From Candidatus Latescibacterota bacterium (GTDB lineage: Bacteria; Latescibacterota; UBA2968; UBA8231), in assembly GCA_965242865.1 (NCBI GenBank), contig CBDETK010000013.1, forward strand, positions 1,568,001 to 1,632,000: DNA of 64,000 bases, in the 5' to 3' direction. The notes below the pieces were generated by a model. It made no database searches and was not told where the DNA came from. It saw only the letters and a list, made by a program, of their open reading frames with translations. Below, piece by piece: positions 33,256 through 42,126 of the stretch. The translations under genes and the position numbers were made by a program. Each line of letters begins with the position of its first letter. Position 1 is the stretch's first letter.

Positions 33256-36200
33256 TTTGGGAATACAGGAATCGCCGTTGACGTACACCGTGGCCGCGCC
33301 ATCGGCCAGCCCTTGCTCGGCGACGAAGTGCCGATCGCGGTTAAAGTCGGCTTGCTCCCACCCCTCGGTTTCTCGCCATATAATCGCCACCTCGTGGCCG
33401 GGCGCATCGCGGGTTTCGCCTCGATAGATCAAGTAGCGTCGGCCTTCGTCCTCATACACCCGGCGCGTACGGACGTTCAGGCCCAGCAAGTAATTGAACG
33501 TCTCGGGAATGTCCGCCATCCGCTCCTGCGTCTCTCCGTTGGTGTGAACCTGCAAGCGATAGGTGAACGGACGGGCCAACTTCGCCACGTTGAGCAGGGT
33601 CGCGCTGCCTTTGGTTTCCCATTGCAGCATATACTTGATCAGGTAATCGTCGAATTGCTCCTCCAATTTCAACTGGCTGGCCTCGTGGTCAAACGCAATG
33701 CTGTCCAGCGCGTCTTCGTAGGATTCGAGGCGGATGTACTTAATGATGCGCGGCGACCGTTGCGCTTCCTCGGGCGTGGCGTCGCGCTTGGGCTTGCCGT
33801 CTTTCCATTCGGGCGCGAACGCGACCTTCTTGATGCGCGGCAACAGCACGGTGTCGAAGTATTCGCCCATCTCGACGAGGATGAATTTGCGCTGGCCGCC
33901 GTCCTCGCGGTTTAGATTGATGACGGCGTGGCCGGTGGTGCCGGATCCGGCGAAGTAGTCAACGCAATATGTACCATCACCTATACCTGTCGCGAATACA
34001 GCATCGCCGACAGTATGTATAGACTTAGGATAAGGAAAAGGATTGTGCCGACCGAGAATGTTACTGAGTAGATTCGCACCATAAGTGCCTGCGTTATATC
34101 GTTTATCTATCCAATTGCTGAAGATAGCCGTATTTCGCTCTTCTGACTCGACGAGTTGATAGATAGTCATCTTCTCACTGCACTGCAATTTGCTGTCCTG
34201 AACTAACTGTAAGCAGGATTTGTAAGAGCGTCTCCAAACTCTTTCTTCTCCTTGGGAACCCAAAGGGTACACCCTGATGTATCCGTCGTTAGTTTTATCT
34301 GTTGGATAATCTGTGTTCCCCCTAGCCGGCGGAGGCTCAATTCCAACTACATTATTCGTATATGGTTCTACTAAAATGGGATAGAAGCTATTCGGTCTTC
34401 CGTCTCGGAAATTACGTTCGGCTTTTCCCGCTCTCTGGAATGAACGACGTTCAATTGCCTCTCCATTTTTGTAGCCTCTCATAGCACTTTCTGATTCTCT
34501 TTTAACACAGGCAAGCATGTATTCGTGGGTAGCTGATAGCGTCTTTGCTTTTCCTTCTTGTGGATGATGGTTGACAATAATCATATTGCGTTGGAGAAAT
34601 GAGAACTCTTTGTCCACTAGTTCACAAAGATCAGCCATCTCGTAGTCATCAATCGCTATAAAAAGAAAGGGATTTTCGGAAAGTAATGACGTCGCTAGAG
34701 CGAGCCTGTCTTTCATTAAGGAAAGCCAACTTGAATGCTTATACCCGTTTTTGTAAAGAATTTCCGAATCTCCGGTATTATACGGCGGGTCAATATAAAT
34801 GCACGTCACCTCCTCCAGATACCGCTCCGTCAGCAGATTCAACGCCTGCCAGTTTTCGCTATGCACCAACAGTCCGTCCGTCAGCCCGTCTATGTCGTCA
34901 AAGCTAGCCAACAGCCGGTCCACGAAATCGGACTCAAAATGCTTCGTATCCAACACCAGCGTCGGATGCGTCTTCAGAAAGTCAATGCGTTTTTCATGCC
35001 CATTTTTGTTTGAATTGAACAGGTGCGTCTCGGCCTCGTCAATGTGGAACAGCTCTCTCCATTCGTCCCACTGCGCGTCATGGGCCGCAATGTCCGAGTA
35101 AAAAGTGGTGTCAATGTACCCAATCGCAATGCAATAGTACGTTTCGGTGACGAACTTGCGCTTTTCCCACAGCATCTTTTGGAAATTCTCCATCTGCGCC
35201 AGAAATTCGATCACCTGATTGCCAACTAGCTTTATTAGCTTCACTAGCTGAAACCAGCCTTCGGCCACCCCTTCGCCCGCAGCGGTCATCTCGTCCAAGT
35301 GCAGCACTTCACTCTTTAGATAGAAATCCAATTCGCGGGAGAGGAACTCAGCCAAGTTTTTATGAATGAAAAAGTCGGACGTGTTGCGCTGGGTGTATTG
35401 CCGCAGGTGATGTTCCAAGTAGGAGACGGATTCGTCCTTGCCATTGCGCCGCCGCTCGCCAGCCAAAGCGGCCAACGCATCGGGAGCCTTACTCAGCCGC
35501 TTGGGAATGGCGTCAAGGGCCTCGGCGATGATTTTGTCCTGCTGCTTTTGGCTGCCGTAGGTCTTGCCTTCCGCCGCGGTTAGGGGCCGGTATTCAAACG
35601 GAATGGTAATTTCGCGGGCGTCAGCATCCCATTCCGCCTCCTCGGCGAGCGGCAGGAAAAACCGCTTGTCGCCCTTGACGTTGTTCTGCTCCACATCAGC
35701 GGCCTTGATCCGAAAATGCACCACCACGCCAGCGGCTGCCTTCCAGTCGTAATCGTGAAAGTGCTCGCCCGTCTTGATGTAGTACTGATCGCTGTTAGCC
35801 CAATGCAGATAGACTTCTTCGCCATCGTACGGAATGGCGTAGGGTTGATGTTTGGAATAGCGCCGCTTAGAGATGAAGTCGCCATCCTGATAGTAGCGGC
35901 TGAAAAAGGCGTATAGATGGTTGTAGGTGCTAACTTCAACGGCGGCGCGGCTGAAACCACCTGCCTTCTTCTTTAGCTTCAGGTACTTCTTGCCCCCCCG
36001 AGTACCATGGTAGATCTCGGATAGGTTGCCATGAGCGTCGAGAGCGTCCTCGCCCAGCATCTCCTCAATTTGCTGAGCCACCTCTGCCATTTCCTCGGCG
36101 ATCTGAGCTTGGTCTGCCAATGCGCCGCTGTTCAACTCTTCCGCCACCACGCCGGGCAACTGCTCGGCGATGAATTTCTCAATGGCCTCCCGCTTATAGT

Positions 36201-36294
36201 TCATAATGCGGTAGATGCCAAAATCGAGATCAGCGCAGTCAAACTGGAACAACTCGCGTAGCAACTGCTGGAATTTCCCAATAGCTTCGGCCAT
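33199..36294 (-). CDS. mod: Type III R-M Mod subunit (N6-adenine DNA methyltransferase, beta class)
   Basis: DLDFGIYRIMN, YIDPPYNTG (motif IV), FPYPK, DYFAGSGTTGHA (motif I); GGAGG RBS before ATG 36294. Confidence 0.92.
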   Translation of the reverse strand: MAEAIGKFQQLLRELFQFDCADLDFGIYRIMNYKREAIEKFIAEQLPGVVAEELNSGALADQAQIAEEMAEVAQQIEEMLGEDALDAHGNLSEIYHGTRGGKKYLKLKKKAGGFSRAAVEVSTYNHLYAFFSRYYQDGDFISKRRYSKHQPYAIPYDGEEVYLHWANSDQYYIKTGEHFHDYDWKAAAGVVVHFRIKAADVEQNNVKGDKRFFLPLAEEAEWDADAREITIPFEYRPLTAAEGKTYGSQKQQDKIIAEALDAIPKRLSKAPDALAALAGERRRNGKDESVSYLEHHLRQYTQRNTSDFFIHKNLAEFLSRELDFYLKSEVLHLDEMTAAGEGVAEGWFQLVKLIKLVGNQVIEFLAQMENFQKMLWEKRKFVTETYYCIAIGYIDTTFYSDIAAHDAQWDEWRELFHIDEAETHLFNSNKNGHEKRIDFLKTHPTLVLDTKHFESDFVDRLLASFDDIDGLTDGLLVHSENWQALNLLTERYLEEVTCIYIDPPYNTGDSEILYKNGYKHSSWLSLMKDRLALATSLLSENPFLFIAIDDYEMADLCELVDKEFSFLQRNMIIVNHHPQEGKAKTLSATHEYMLACVKRESESAMRGYKNGEAIERRSFQRAGKAERNFRDGRPNSFYPILVEPYTNNVVGIEPPPARGNTDYPTDKTNDGYIRVYPLGSQGEERVWRRSYKSCLQLVQDSKLQCSEKMTIYQLVESEERNTAIFSNWIDKRYNAGTYGANLLSNILGRHNPFPYPKSIHTVGDAVFATGIGDGTYCVDYFAGSGTTGHAVINLNREDGGQRKFILVEMGEYFDTVLLPRIKKVAFAPEWKDGKPKRDATPEEAQRSPRIIKYIRLESYEDALDSIAFDHEASQLKLEEQFDDYLIKYMLQWETKGSATLLNVAKLARPFTYRLQVHTNGETQERMADIPETFNYLLGLNVRTRRVYEDEGRRYLIYRGETRDAPGHEVAIIWRETEGWEQADFNRDRHFVAEQGLADGAATVYVNGDSCIPKATAVEPVFKTRMFAEEAR

Positions 36295-36365
36295 AAGGCC
36301 CCTCCTTTCTGTAATCATGCCTGCTTGCCTCAATGCGCTTGCAGGCGGTCCTACCTCGCCCTCTG

Positions 36366-36393
36366 ACTATACACAGCATCCGTGTACGCGCAA
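36366..36393 (-). promoter_or_regulatory. Putative mod promoter with palindromic operator in its spacer
   Basis: TTGCGC-16 bp-TATAGT on the minus strand; TACACAG-cat-CCGTGTA inverted repeat at 36370..36386. Confidence 0.4.
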
Positions 36394-36447
36394 GCCACTT
36401 CCCGCTAGGGCCGCCACCCCTCCATCATCCGGCGTACTGACGCGCCT

Positions 36448-36562
36448 GCGCGGGATCGTTAGGTCCCTTCATGGATGCGGGGGCAGGCACGGGGGCCTGT
36501 CCCCTACGGTTTGGGGGCGGTGGCATCGCTAGGCCCTTCCCCAACGATGGCTTCCAACTGAC
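36448..36562. repeat. Junction module copy 2: res-start remnant + REP family C + HEPN 3' end
   Basis: About 110-bp homology to 32740..32850. Confidence 0.85.
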
Positions 36563-37235
36563 TGATGAGCGGCCGTAGGTGGTTCTGCACAATATCGCAG
36601 AGTTTGTCGAGGTCCACTGCGTCGTAAGCGTGCGCCAACAGGTTGCGTGTGCCGATAATTTTGTCCCACGGCACTGCGGGATAGCGTTCCCGCGTCGTTG
36701 GCGAGACCCGGTTGGCCGCTTCGCCGATAACTTCCACCGCTCGCGTAAGGGCCAATTCCTTTATCCAGTCGCCTTCCAAATCCGCTCGGCTTATATCGCC
36801 AAACGAATCAACGGCTTTTCTCGCGTAAATGAGCATATCCAGCAGGCTCACGCGGTCATCGCGCCGCTTTTCGCCCGTCTTGAGGGGCTTGTCGCGGCCC
36901 TCTTGCGACCGGCCTTCATATCCCGGCCCCCGCTCGTATAGCATCTCGGCTGAACCGAGTATTTCCGCTCGCAACAACCAGTTTTGCTTGCTTTCAATGG
37001 CCGCAAAGGTGTGCATATCGGCTTCGCGGCCCAAAATCCGGCCCAACTCCTCGGACACGTCAACAAACTCCCAGCCCAAATGCACATCCGGCTCAAATTC
37101 TACCAGCACATCCACATCGCTTTCCGGCCCGAAGTCGTCGCGCAGCACCGAGCCGAACAGGGCCATGCGCCGGATGTGGTTGCGCTGGCAGAACGCGGCA
37201 ATCGCGTCTGTTGAAATCTCGATTTTCGCATTCAT
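36504..37235 (-). CDS. Fused MNT nucleotidyltransferase - HEPN (DUF86/HepT-like) RNase
   Basis: FGSVLRDDFGPESDVDVLV (GSx10DxD) followed in-frame by VEVIGEAA...W..IIGTRNLLAHAY (Rx4HxY). Confidence 0.88.
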   Translation of the reverse strand: MNAKIEISTDAIAAFCQRNHIRRMALFGSVLRDDFGPESDVDVLVEFEPDVHLGWEFVDVSEELGRILGREADMHTFAAIESKQNWLLRAEILGSAEMLYERGPGYEGRSQEGRDKPLKTGEKRRDDRVSLLDMLIYARKAVDSFGDISRADLEGDWIKELALTRAVEVIGEAANRVSPTTRERYPAVPWDKIIGTRNLLAHAYDAVDLDKLCDIVQNHLRPLISQLEAIVGEGPSDATAPKP

Positions 37236-37288
37236 CTTGCCTCCTCCGCGAACAGCCGCGTCTTGAGTAGCGGCTCCACCGCTATGGC
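37224..37288. repeat. Copy of mod 3' end upstream of MNT-HEPN
   Basis: See 33191..33255; this copy supplies the GGAGG RBS and ATG of MNT-HEPN. Confidence 0.9.
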
Positions 37289-37313
37289 GGGCTTGCTGTC
37301 TTTTAGACTAGAA

Positions 37314-37388
37314 TGCGGGGACAGGCACGGGGGCCTGTCCCCTACGGTTTGGGGGCGGCGGCATCGCTAGGTCCTTCCCCAACGATGC
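37314..37388. repeat. Junction module copy 3: REP family C + HEPN 3'-end remnant
   Basis: tgcggggacaggcacgggggcctgtcccctacggtttgggggcggcggcatcgctaggtccttccccaacgatg, nearly identical to about 36477..36549. Confidence 0.85.
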
Positions 37389-37398
37389 CATCCTCGTC

Positions 37399-38412
37399 TT
37401 ACGGCGTCGGCGCAGCCTCTGGCAGCAGCCCCTCGGCTTTTAGGTCCGCCCACAGGGCCGGTGGAATCTCCGCCTGCATCACGCGGGCGTTGTCCTCCAA
37501 CTCGGCCACGGACGCCGCGCCGGGCACCGCCGAAATTACCGCCTCGTGCCCAAAGGGGAATTGCAAGGCCGCGGCCCGCAACTCAACCCCGTGCCGGTCG
37601 CAGACGGCTTTGAGTGCCTTGGCCCGCTGCACCCAATGCGCGGGCGCGGGCTGGTAATCAAAGGAAACCGGCTGGCTCAAATCGCGGGCGAGGATGCCGC
37701 TGTTGTACGGCCCGCCAATGGTCAGCTTCACCCCGCGCTCTACGCACAGGGGCAAAAATTCGGGCAGGGCCGACTGGTCCAGCAGGGTGTAGCGTCCGGC
37801 CAGCAGGATGTAGTCCAACTCAAAGCGCTCGACCATCCGCCCGGTGCGCTCCCATTCGTTCATGCCCATGCCGATGGCCTTGACCGCGCCCGTTGTCCGC
37901 AATTCGACCGCGGCCTCTAGCGCTTCGCTGAAGTCCTCGTCGGGGTGCTGCCCCTTGAAGTCGCTGTCGTGGACGAAGAAAATATCCACCGCGGCCAACC
38001 CCAGCCGCTCCAAGCTGGCATCGAGCGAGGCCCGCAGGCCCGCCGCGCTGAAGTCGAAATCGTAGGTGTAGTGCGGAATTCCGTCCTCGCTGTACGGGGC
38101 CAAATCGTCTGGGTTTTCCGGCCGCAACACCCGCGATCCCTTGCTCGAGATGGCAAACGACGGGCGCGGAAACTCCCCGAGCACCCGCCCGTAGCGCACC
38201 TCGCTGCGCCCGTTGCCGTACATCGGCGCGGTATCAAAGTAGCGCACACCCATCTGGTATGCGCGGCGGATGATGGCCAATGCTTCGTCGTACCCGCTGC
38301 CGACAAAAATCCCGTCGGCCAAGACCATCCCGCCCAACGGCGCACCGCCCAACCCCAAGCGCGTCACCTCCACGCCGGTATCGCCAATCGCCACTTTTGC
38401 AAAAGGGTTCAT
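37399..38412 (-). CDS. Aldo/keto reductase (L-fucose/D-threo-aldose dehydrogenase-like)
   Basis: LGLGGAPLG, YFDTAPMYGNGRSE, DFSAAG...SLERLG, LLAGRYTLLDQ, GPYNSGIL. Confidence 0.9.
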   Translation of the reverse strand: MNPFAKVAIGDTGVEVTRLGLGGAPLGGMVLADGIFVGSGYDEALAIIRRAYQMGVRYFDTAPMYGNGRSEVRYGRVLGEFPRPSFAISSKGSRVLRPENPDDLAPYSEDGIPHYTYDFDFSAAGLRASLDASLERLGLAAVDIFFVHDSDFKGQHPDEDFSEALEAAVELRTTGAVKAIGMGMNEWERTGRMVERFELDYILLAGRYTLLDQSALPEFLPLCVERGVKLTIGGPYNSGILARDLSQPVSFDYQPAPAHWVQRAKALKAVCDRHGVELRAAALQFPFGHEAVISAVPGAASVAELEDNARVMQAEIPPALWADLKAEGLLPEAAPTP

Positions 38413-38415
38413 AAG

Positions 38416-39300
38416 TCACTCCAATCCGTAGAGCCGCTCGGCATTGCCGGCGAACAAGTTGGCCTGCTCTTCCTCCGGCCTCCCGGCGACGATCGCGCGC
38501 AACGCGGCCACCCACGCGCCCAAACCCGCCCCAAAGTTGCACACCGGCCAGTCGCCGCCGAACACCACCCGGTCCGGCCCAAAGCTATCCAAGCAGTGCT
38601 CAACCGTCGGCGCCAGCGCGTCGGCACTCCCCCGGGCGATAATCCCGGATATTTTGCACACCACCGGCTCCCGCTCGGCCAACGCCGCCATGTCCCGCTG
38701 CCACTGCTCTTTGGTGTGGCTGAAGGGATTGGCTGGGTCGTGCTCGGCTGCGCCGTTGACGATCTGCGGATCGGCGTTGCCGCAGTGATCGACGATGAAG
38801 CGCGTATCCGGGCACTGATCCACCAAGCCGACCGCGTCCCCCAGCTCGCTCGGCCGCAGGCACAGAGCAAAGCTCAGGCCAATCTCGCCTAAGTACTGCA
38901 CATCGCGGACGAAGTTTTCCTGCAAGCACCGCCCCGGCCCAGCGTCGGGCACGTGCAACACCTGCCGCACGCCCTTGACGCAATCGCGGCCCTTAAAGCG
39001 GTCGATATAGGCGCGGAAACCCGTTGTCCCCGGGCAGCCTCCGATGACCGCTCCGGCCATTGGGTTGTCGTCGGCTTGGCACAGACCGGCGACAAACTCG
39101 GCCTCCGCAACGCGCTGCTCGGCCGCGACATCCACTTCCATATAGACGGTGCGGGCAATGCCGGTGCCTTCGGCCGCCGCCAAGTAATCGCTCATTAGGT
39201 GATTCTTCCGCAGCGGCTCCATGGCCGGGTCCTCCAACCACGGCAGCGCGAACCGCGCCAAATCCCACAAATGTTGATGCGTATCGACGATGGGTAGCAT
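38416..39300 (-). CDS. Amidohydrolase_2 family (sugar lactonase-like)
   Basis: IVDTHQHLWD, KGVRQVLH, IVDHCG, CKISG, FGGDWPVC. Confidence 0.9.
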   Translation of the reverse strand: MLPIVDTHQHLWDLARFALPWLEDPAMEPLRKNHLMSDYLAAAEGTGIARTVYMEVDVAAEQRVAEAEFVAGLCQADDNPMAGAVIGGCPGTTGFRAYIDRFKGRDCVKGVRQVLHVPDAGPGRCLQENFVRDVQYLGEIGLSFALCLRPSELGDAVGLVDQCPDTRFIVDHCGNADPQIVNGAAEHDPANPFSHTKEQWQRDMAALAEREPVVCKISGIIARGSADALAPTVEHCLDSFGPDRVVFGGDWPVCNFGAGLGAWVAALRAIVAGRPEEEQANLFAGNAERLYGLE

Positions 39301-39337
39301 GAGCTTTCCTCTTTGTAAGTGACCCGTGATTTATCTT

Positions 39338-40837
39338 TTACGCTTCACACCGCAACGGCGCAAAGACCGCTTCCAGCCATTCCGGCAACGCTCCGTTCTC
39401 CTCCAACGACCGGACAGCCGCGGCGACTTCCTCCTTGGGTATGGTATCGAAGAAAGCCGCCGTGGGCACCAAAGCCTCATTCAAATCATTGGGTTCAAAC
39501 TTGTCCAATGTCCGACCGTATTGGCGCATCGAGCGAGCGACGATTAGCCTGCCCGTTTGCGACGACAGGTAGAGAAACAAGTGCTCTATGTATGCAGTTC
39601 CCAACAGGTTGGGTTGGAAGCCATGGTAGCACGTCAAGTTCAATGCCTTGGTCTTGTTTAGTACGACCTTGTAGCCATTGCGCGAGAACACGCCGAACAA
39701 AAGAGACGCTGGGCTGCGCGTCTCTGTTTTGTACCACGGCGTTCTGTTTTTTGTCAAAAATCGCTCGTGATAGCCCTCGCGCTCTCCAAACCGGATGTAA
39801 TCCGCAGCGGCCTTGGAGGGATTGCCAGTGACTGAGAATAAAAAGACCGGGTTATTTGCAAAATCCGCCTCCCTAAAAACGGCTGTTTTAATCTGCGAAC
39901 TCTTGGCGATGCAAGGCATGCACTCGGTCGCACGGAGGCGTCTTGCTGCTATACTCGTAGGGTTTAGGACGAAAAACGCATTCGCACCAGTGGCGATGCC
40001 GCGGCTAAACTTGCCAAAGTATGCAAGCGCGGTCGTCTTTTGGCGGTCGACGCTGAATGCTGTCCCCTGAAAATGAGGCAGCCATTTGACCTGCGGATCC
40101 AATGCCGATTGAGGAATTTCAGCAACGGGTTGTAGGCTGTCGAATGAGGCGAGTTCGTTCACCGATCGCAAACGAAAAAACTGGACGTCGATATGGTAAG
40201 CTGCTTTGTCGTATAAAATGATTCCCACAGACGTGGTGGCATCCGGGAAAATGTCTTTCTCGCAATCAAAGCTGATAATGCTGCACAAGTGGCCGGACTC
40301 AACGAGTTTTTGCTTTACCAATGTGCCGTATCCCGTATTCAAGAATTCGAGCGGCATGATATACGCCAAGCGGCCACGTGTAGAAAGTTCGGAAAGCGAC
40401 TTGAGTAGGAAGGCCGACGCGGTGTTCACGTATCCAGAGAGCCTTATGCCGAGATTTTTCTCAAACTCTCGGACGACTACATCCCGATTCAGAAACTTCT
40501 GAAAGCGCATGTACGGTGGGTTACAAACGATACTGGCGTATTGGCCGCCCCAAGCAAGCAAATAGTCCTCAATTGCGATAAAATCTGCGCGTTCTCCTGT
40601 ATTCCGCTCCCAGAACTCGACGATGGTAGAATCCACCTCACACCCTGTGAACCGAACGCCTGTGCGGTCATCAATCGCGTCTCGAAACGCACCCAATCCA
40701 AACGCCGGATCAAATACTGCATCCACCCCTGAATTTAGCACCCAATCCACCATAAAAGCGGCTACTTCATCCGGTGTAAAAAACTGCCCAAACCGCTTCT
40801 GATGTTGCTCGCCAACTTCTCGAAGGTAATCAGACAT
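39338..40837 (-). CDS. N6-adenine DNA methyltransferase (gamma class, Eco57I/TaqI-like)
   Basis: FGQFFTP, DPAFGLG, CNPPY, FLNTGYG, RGIATGANAFF. Start set at ATG 40837 because the longer ORF runs through a REP. Confidence 0.88.
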   Translation of the reverse strand: MSDYLREVGEQHQKRFGQFFTPDEVAAFMVDWVLNSGVDAVFDPAFGLGAFRDAIDDRTGVRFTGCEVDSTIVEFWERNTGERADFIAIEDYLLAWGGQYASIVCNPPYMRFQKFLNRDVVVREFEKNLGIRLSGYVNTASAFLLKSLSELSTRGRLAYIMPLEFLNTGYGTLVKQKLVESGHLCSIISFDCEKDIFPDATTSVGIILYDKAAYHIDVQFFRLRSVNELASFDSLQPVAEIPQSALDPQVKWLPHFQGTAFSVDRQKTTALAYFGKFSRGIATGANAFFVLNPTSIAARRLRATECMPCIAKSSQIKTAVFREADFANNPVFLFSVTGNPSKAAADYIRFGEREGYHERFLTKNRTPWYKTETRSPASLLFGVFSRNGYKVVLNKTKALNLTCYHGFQPNLLGTAYIEHLFLYLSSQTGRLIVARSMRQYGRTLDKFEPNDLNEALVPTAAFFDTIPKEEVAAAVRSLEENGALPEWLEAVFAPLRCEA

Positions 40838-40895
40838 GGCCGATAGGCGGCGAAGAGACACCGCGTCGCGGGAAACACACTCGCTATATAGCAAT

Positions 40896-40972
40896 TCTAC
40901 CTCATTCAAGACTGGATTCCCGCGTTCGCGGGAATGACTCCTCATAAAAAAACAGGGCCGATGAACATTCCA
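40896..40972 (-). repeat. REP/MITE-like element family B, copy 2
   Basis: Minus strand reads tggaatgttcatcg...gtcattcccgcgaacgcgggaatccagtcttgaatgaggta. Confidence 0.75.
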
Positions 40973-40995
40973 CGCTTTCAAGTCATTTAGGACGG

Positions 40996-41817
40996 CTATA
41001 ATGCCAACCTCAAGTTCTGGTTGAGTTTCTTCTGGAGCTCCTCGTAATACGGCTCATGTAGCTCAATGCCGATGACATGACGTCCCTTGTCAAGCGCGGC
41101 AAACGCTGTTGTCCCCGAGCCAATAAACGGATCCAACACTACATCGCCGGGATCGGTAAACAAATCTATAAACCACTCTGGCAACCAGCGTGGAAAAGCC
41201 GCACTATGGCTGCGGTTGGAACATTCCGTAGCTCGATGCAGCACATTGGTGGGATACACCTTATCGCGTCCCAGCCAGTTTTCTACCTTCTTGCCAAAGC
41301 CACTGCCGACTTTGGACTCGTCGCGCTGGCGATCCGTCGCGCTTAGGTTGTTCATTCGATTCACATACCAGTCGCCCACCGGAACCATCACGGCTTCTTG
41401 GTTCATCTTGAATTTGCGCTGCTTGTTGAACTGCAACAGCCGCTCCCAAGAATCCCGGAAACGGTTCGGCCACTTGCCGGGATAGCAGTTTTTTTTGTGC
41501 CATACAAATTCCTCCGTCCACAGCCAACCCCGCTGCCGCAGGGCCAAGATCAATTCCAGCACATAGGTGTGTCGCTCCCCTTTAACAGCACATTCCTTGA
41601 TGTTCAAAATGAAGGTGCCGCTCGGCTTGAGGACGCGCTGTAGTTCATCGGCAATCGGCAAAAACCAAGCCACATAATTGTCCGGATTCACCCCGCCATA
41701 GGTGCTGGCACGCTGATTGGCATAAGGCGGCGAAGTAACGATCAAGTCAACGGAATCCGCCGCGACACCGCCGAGCTTGGCGCGGCAGCCCCCGAACAAA
41801 ATGGTAGAAGTAGGCAT
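40996..41817 (-). CDS. Site-specific DNA methyltransferase, beta class (N4-cytosine-type SPPY)
   Basis: VDLIVTSPPY, RVLKPSG, HSAAFP, VLDPFIGSGTT. Confidence 0.92.
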   Translation of the reverse strand: MPTSTILFGGCRAKLGGVAADSVDLIVTSPPYANQRASTYGGVNPDNYVAWFLPIADELQRVLKPSGTFILNIKECAVKGERHTYVLELILALRQRGWLWTEEFVWHKKNCYPGKWPNRFRDSWERLLQFNKQRKFKMNQEAVMVPVGDWYVNRMNNLSATDRQRDESKVGSGFGKKVENWLGRDKVYPTNVLHRATECSNRSHSAAFPRWLPEWFIDLFTDPGDVVLDPFIGSGTTAFAALDKGRHVIGIELHEPYYEELQKKLNQNLRLAL

Positions 41818-42126
41818 ATCAATCTCCTTTAACGTATTCTATCCAAGACCACATAGCCCTCATCCGGCGAAAAATGCGGATGCGTGTGCTGCGACGCATA
41901 GACCTCAACCGGGCCGTCGTCCGGGCAGTGGGGCAAAGCGGAAGAAGCTCTCCGCCACTCGTCCCCTGTTCGCCCGCCTATCGCCTATAGTCTGCGTCTC
42001 TCGACTGCATTCCTTTAGCTAAGTGAAGCGGGGAATTAAGAGCGGAGCACTAGGCGCGTCAAGCGAATCGCGTTGCGGCAGGTGGCGGCACAGACTAGAT
42101 TAAACTCCCTAGCACAGCAGACGCCA

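Noticed and set aside
35993-35999. G7 tract in mod as a phasevarion switch
   Set aside because: Seven bases is short and expected by chance in GC-rich DNA; mod is in frame and no longer simple repeat was seen.
40838-40981. N-terminal extension of the methyltransferase ORF
   Set aside because: It translates through the family B repeat (SHSRERGNPV); ATG 40837 fits the family start just before FGQFFTP.
41829-41940. Minus-strand fragment reading ..QHTHPHFSPDEGYVV.., like a beta-propeller/oligogalacturonate-lyase C-terminus
   Set aside because: Too short and without a start; possibly a remnant but not supportable as a feature.
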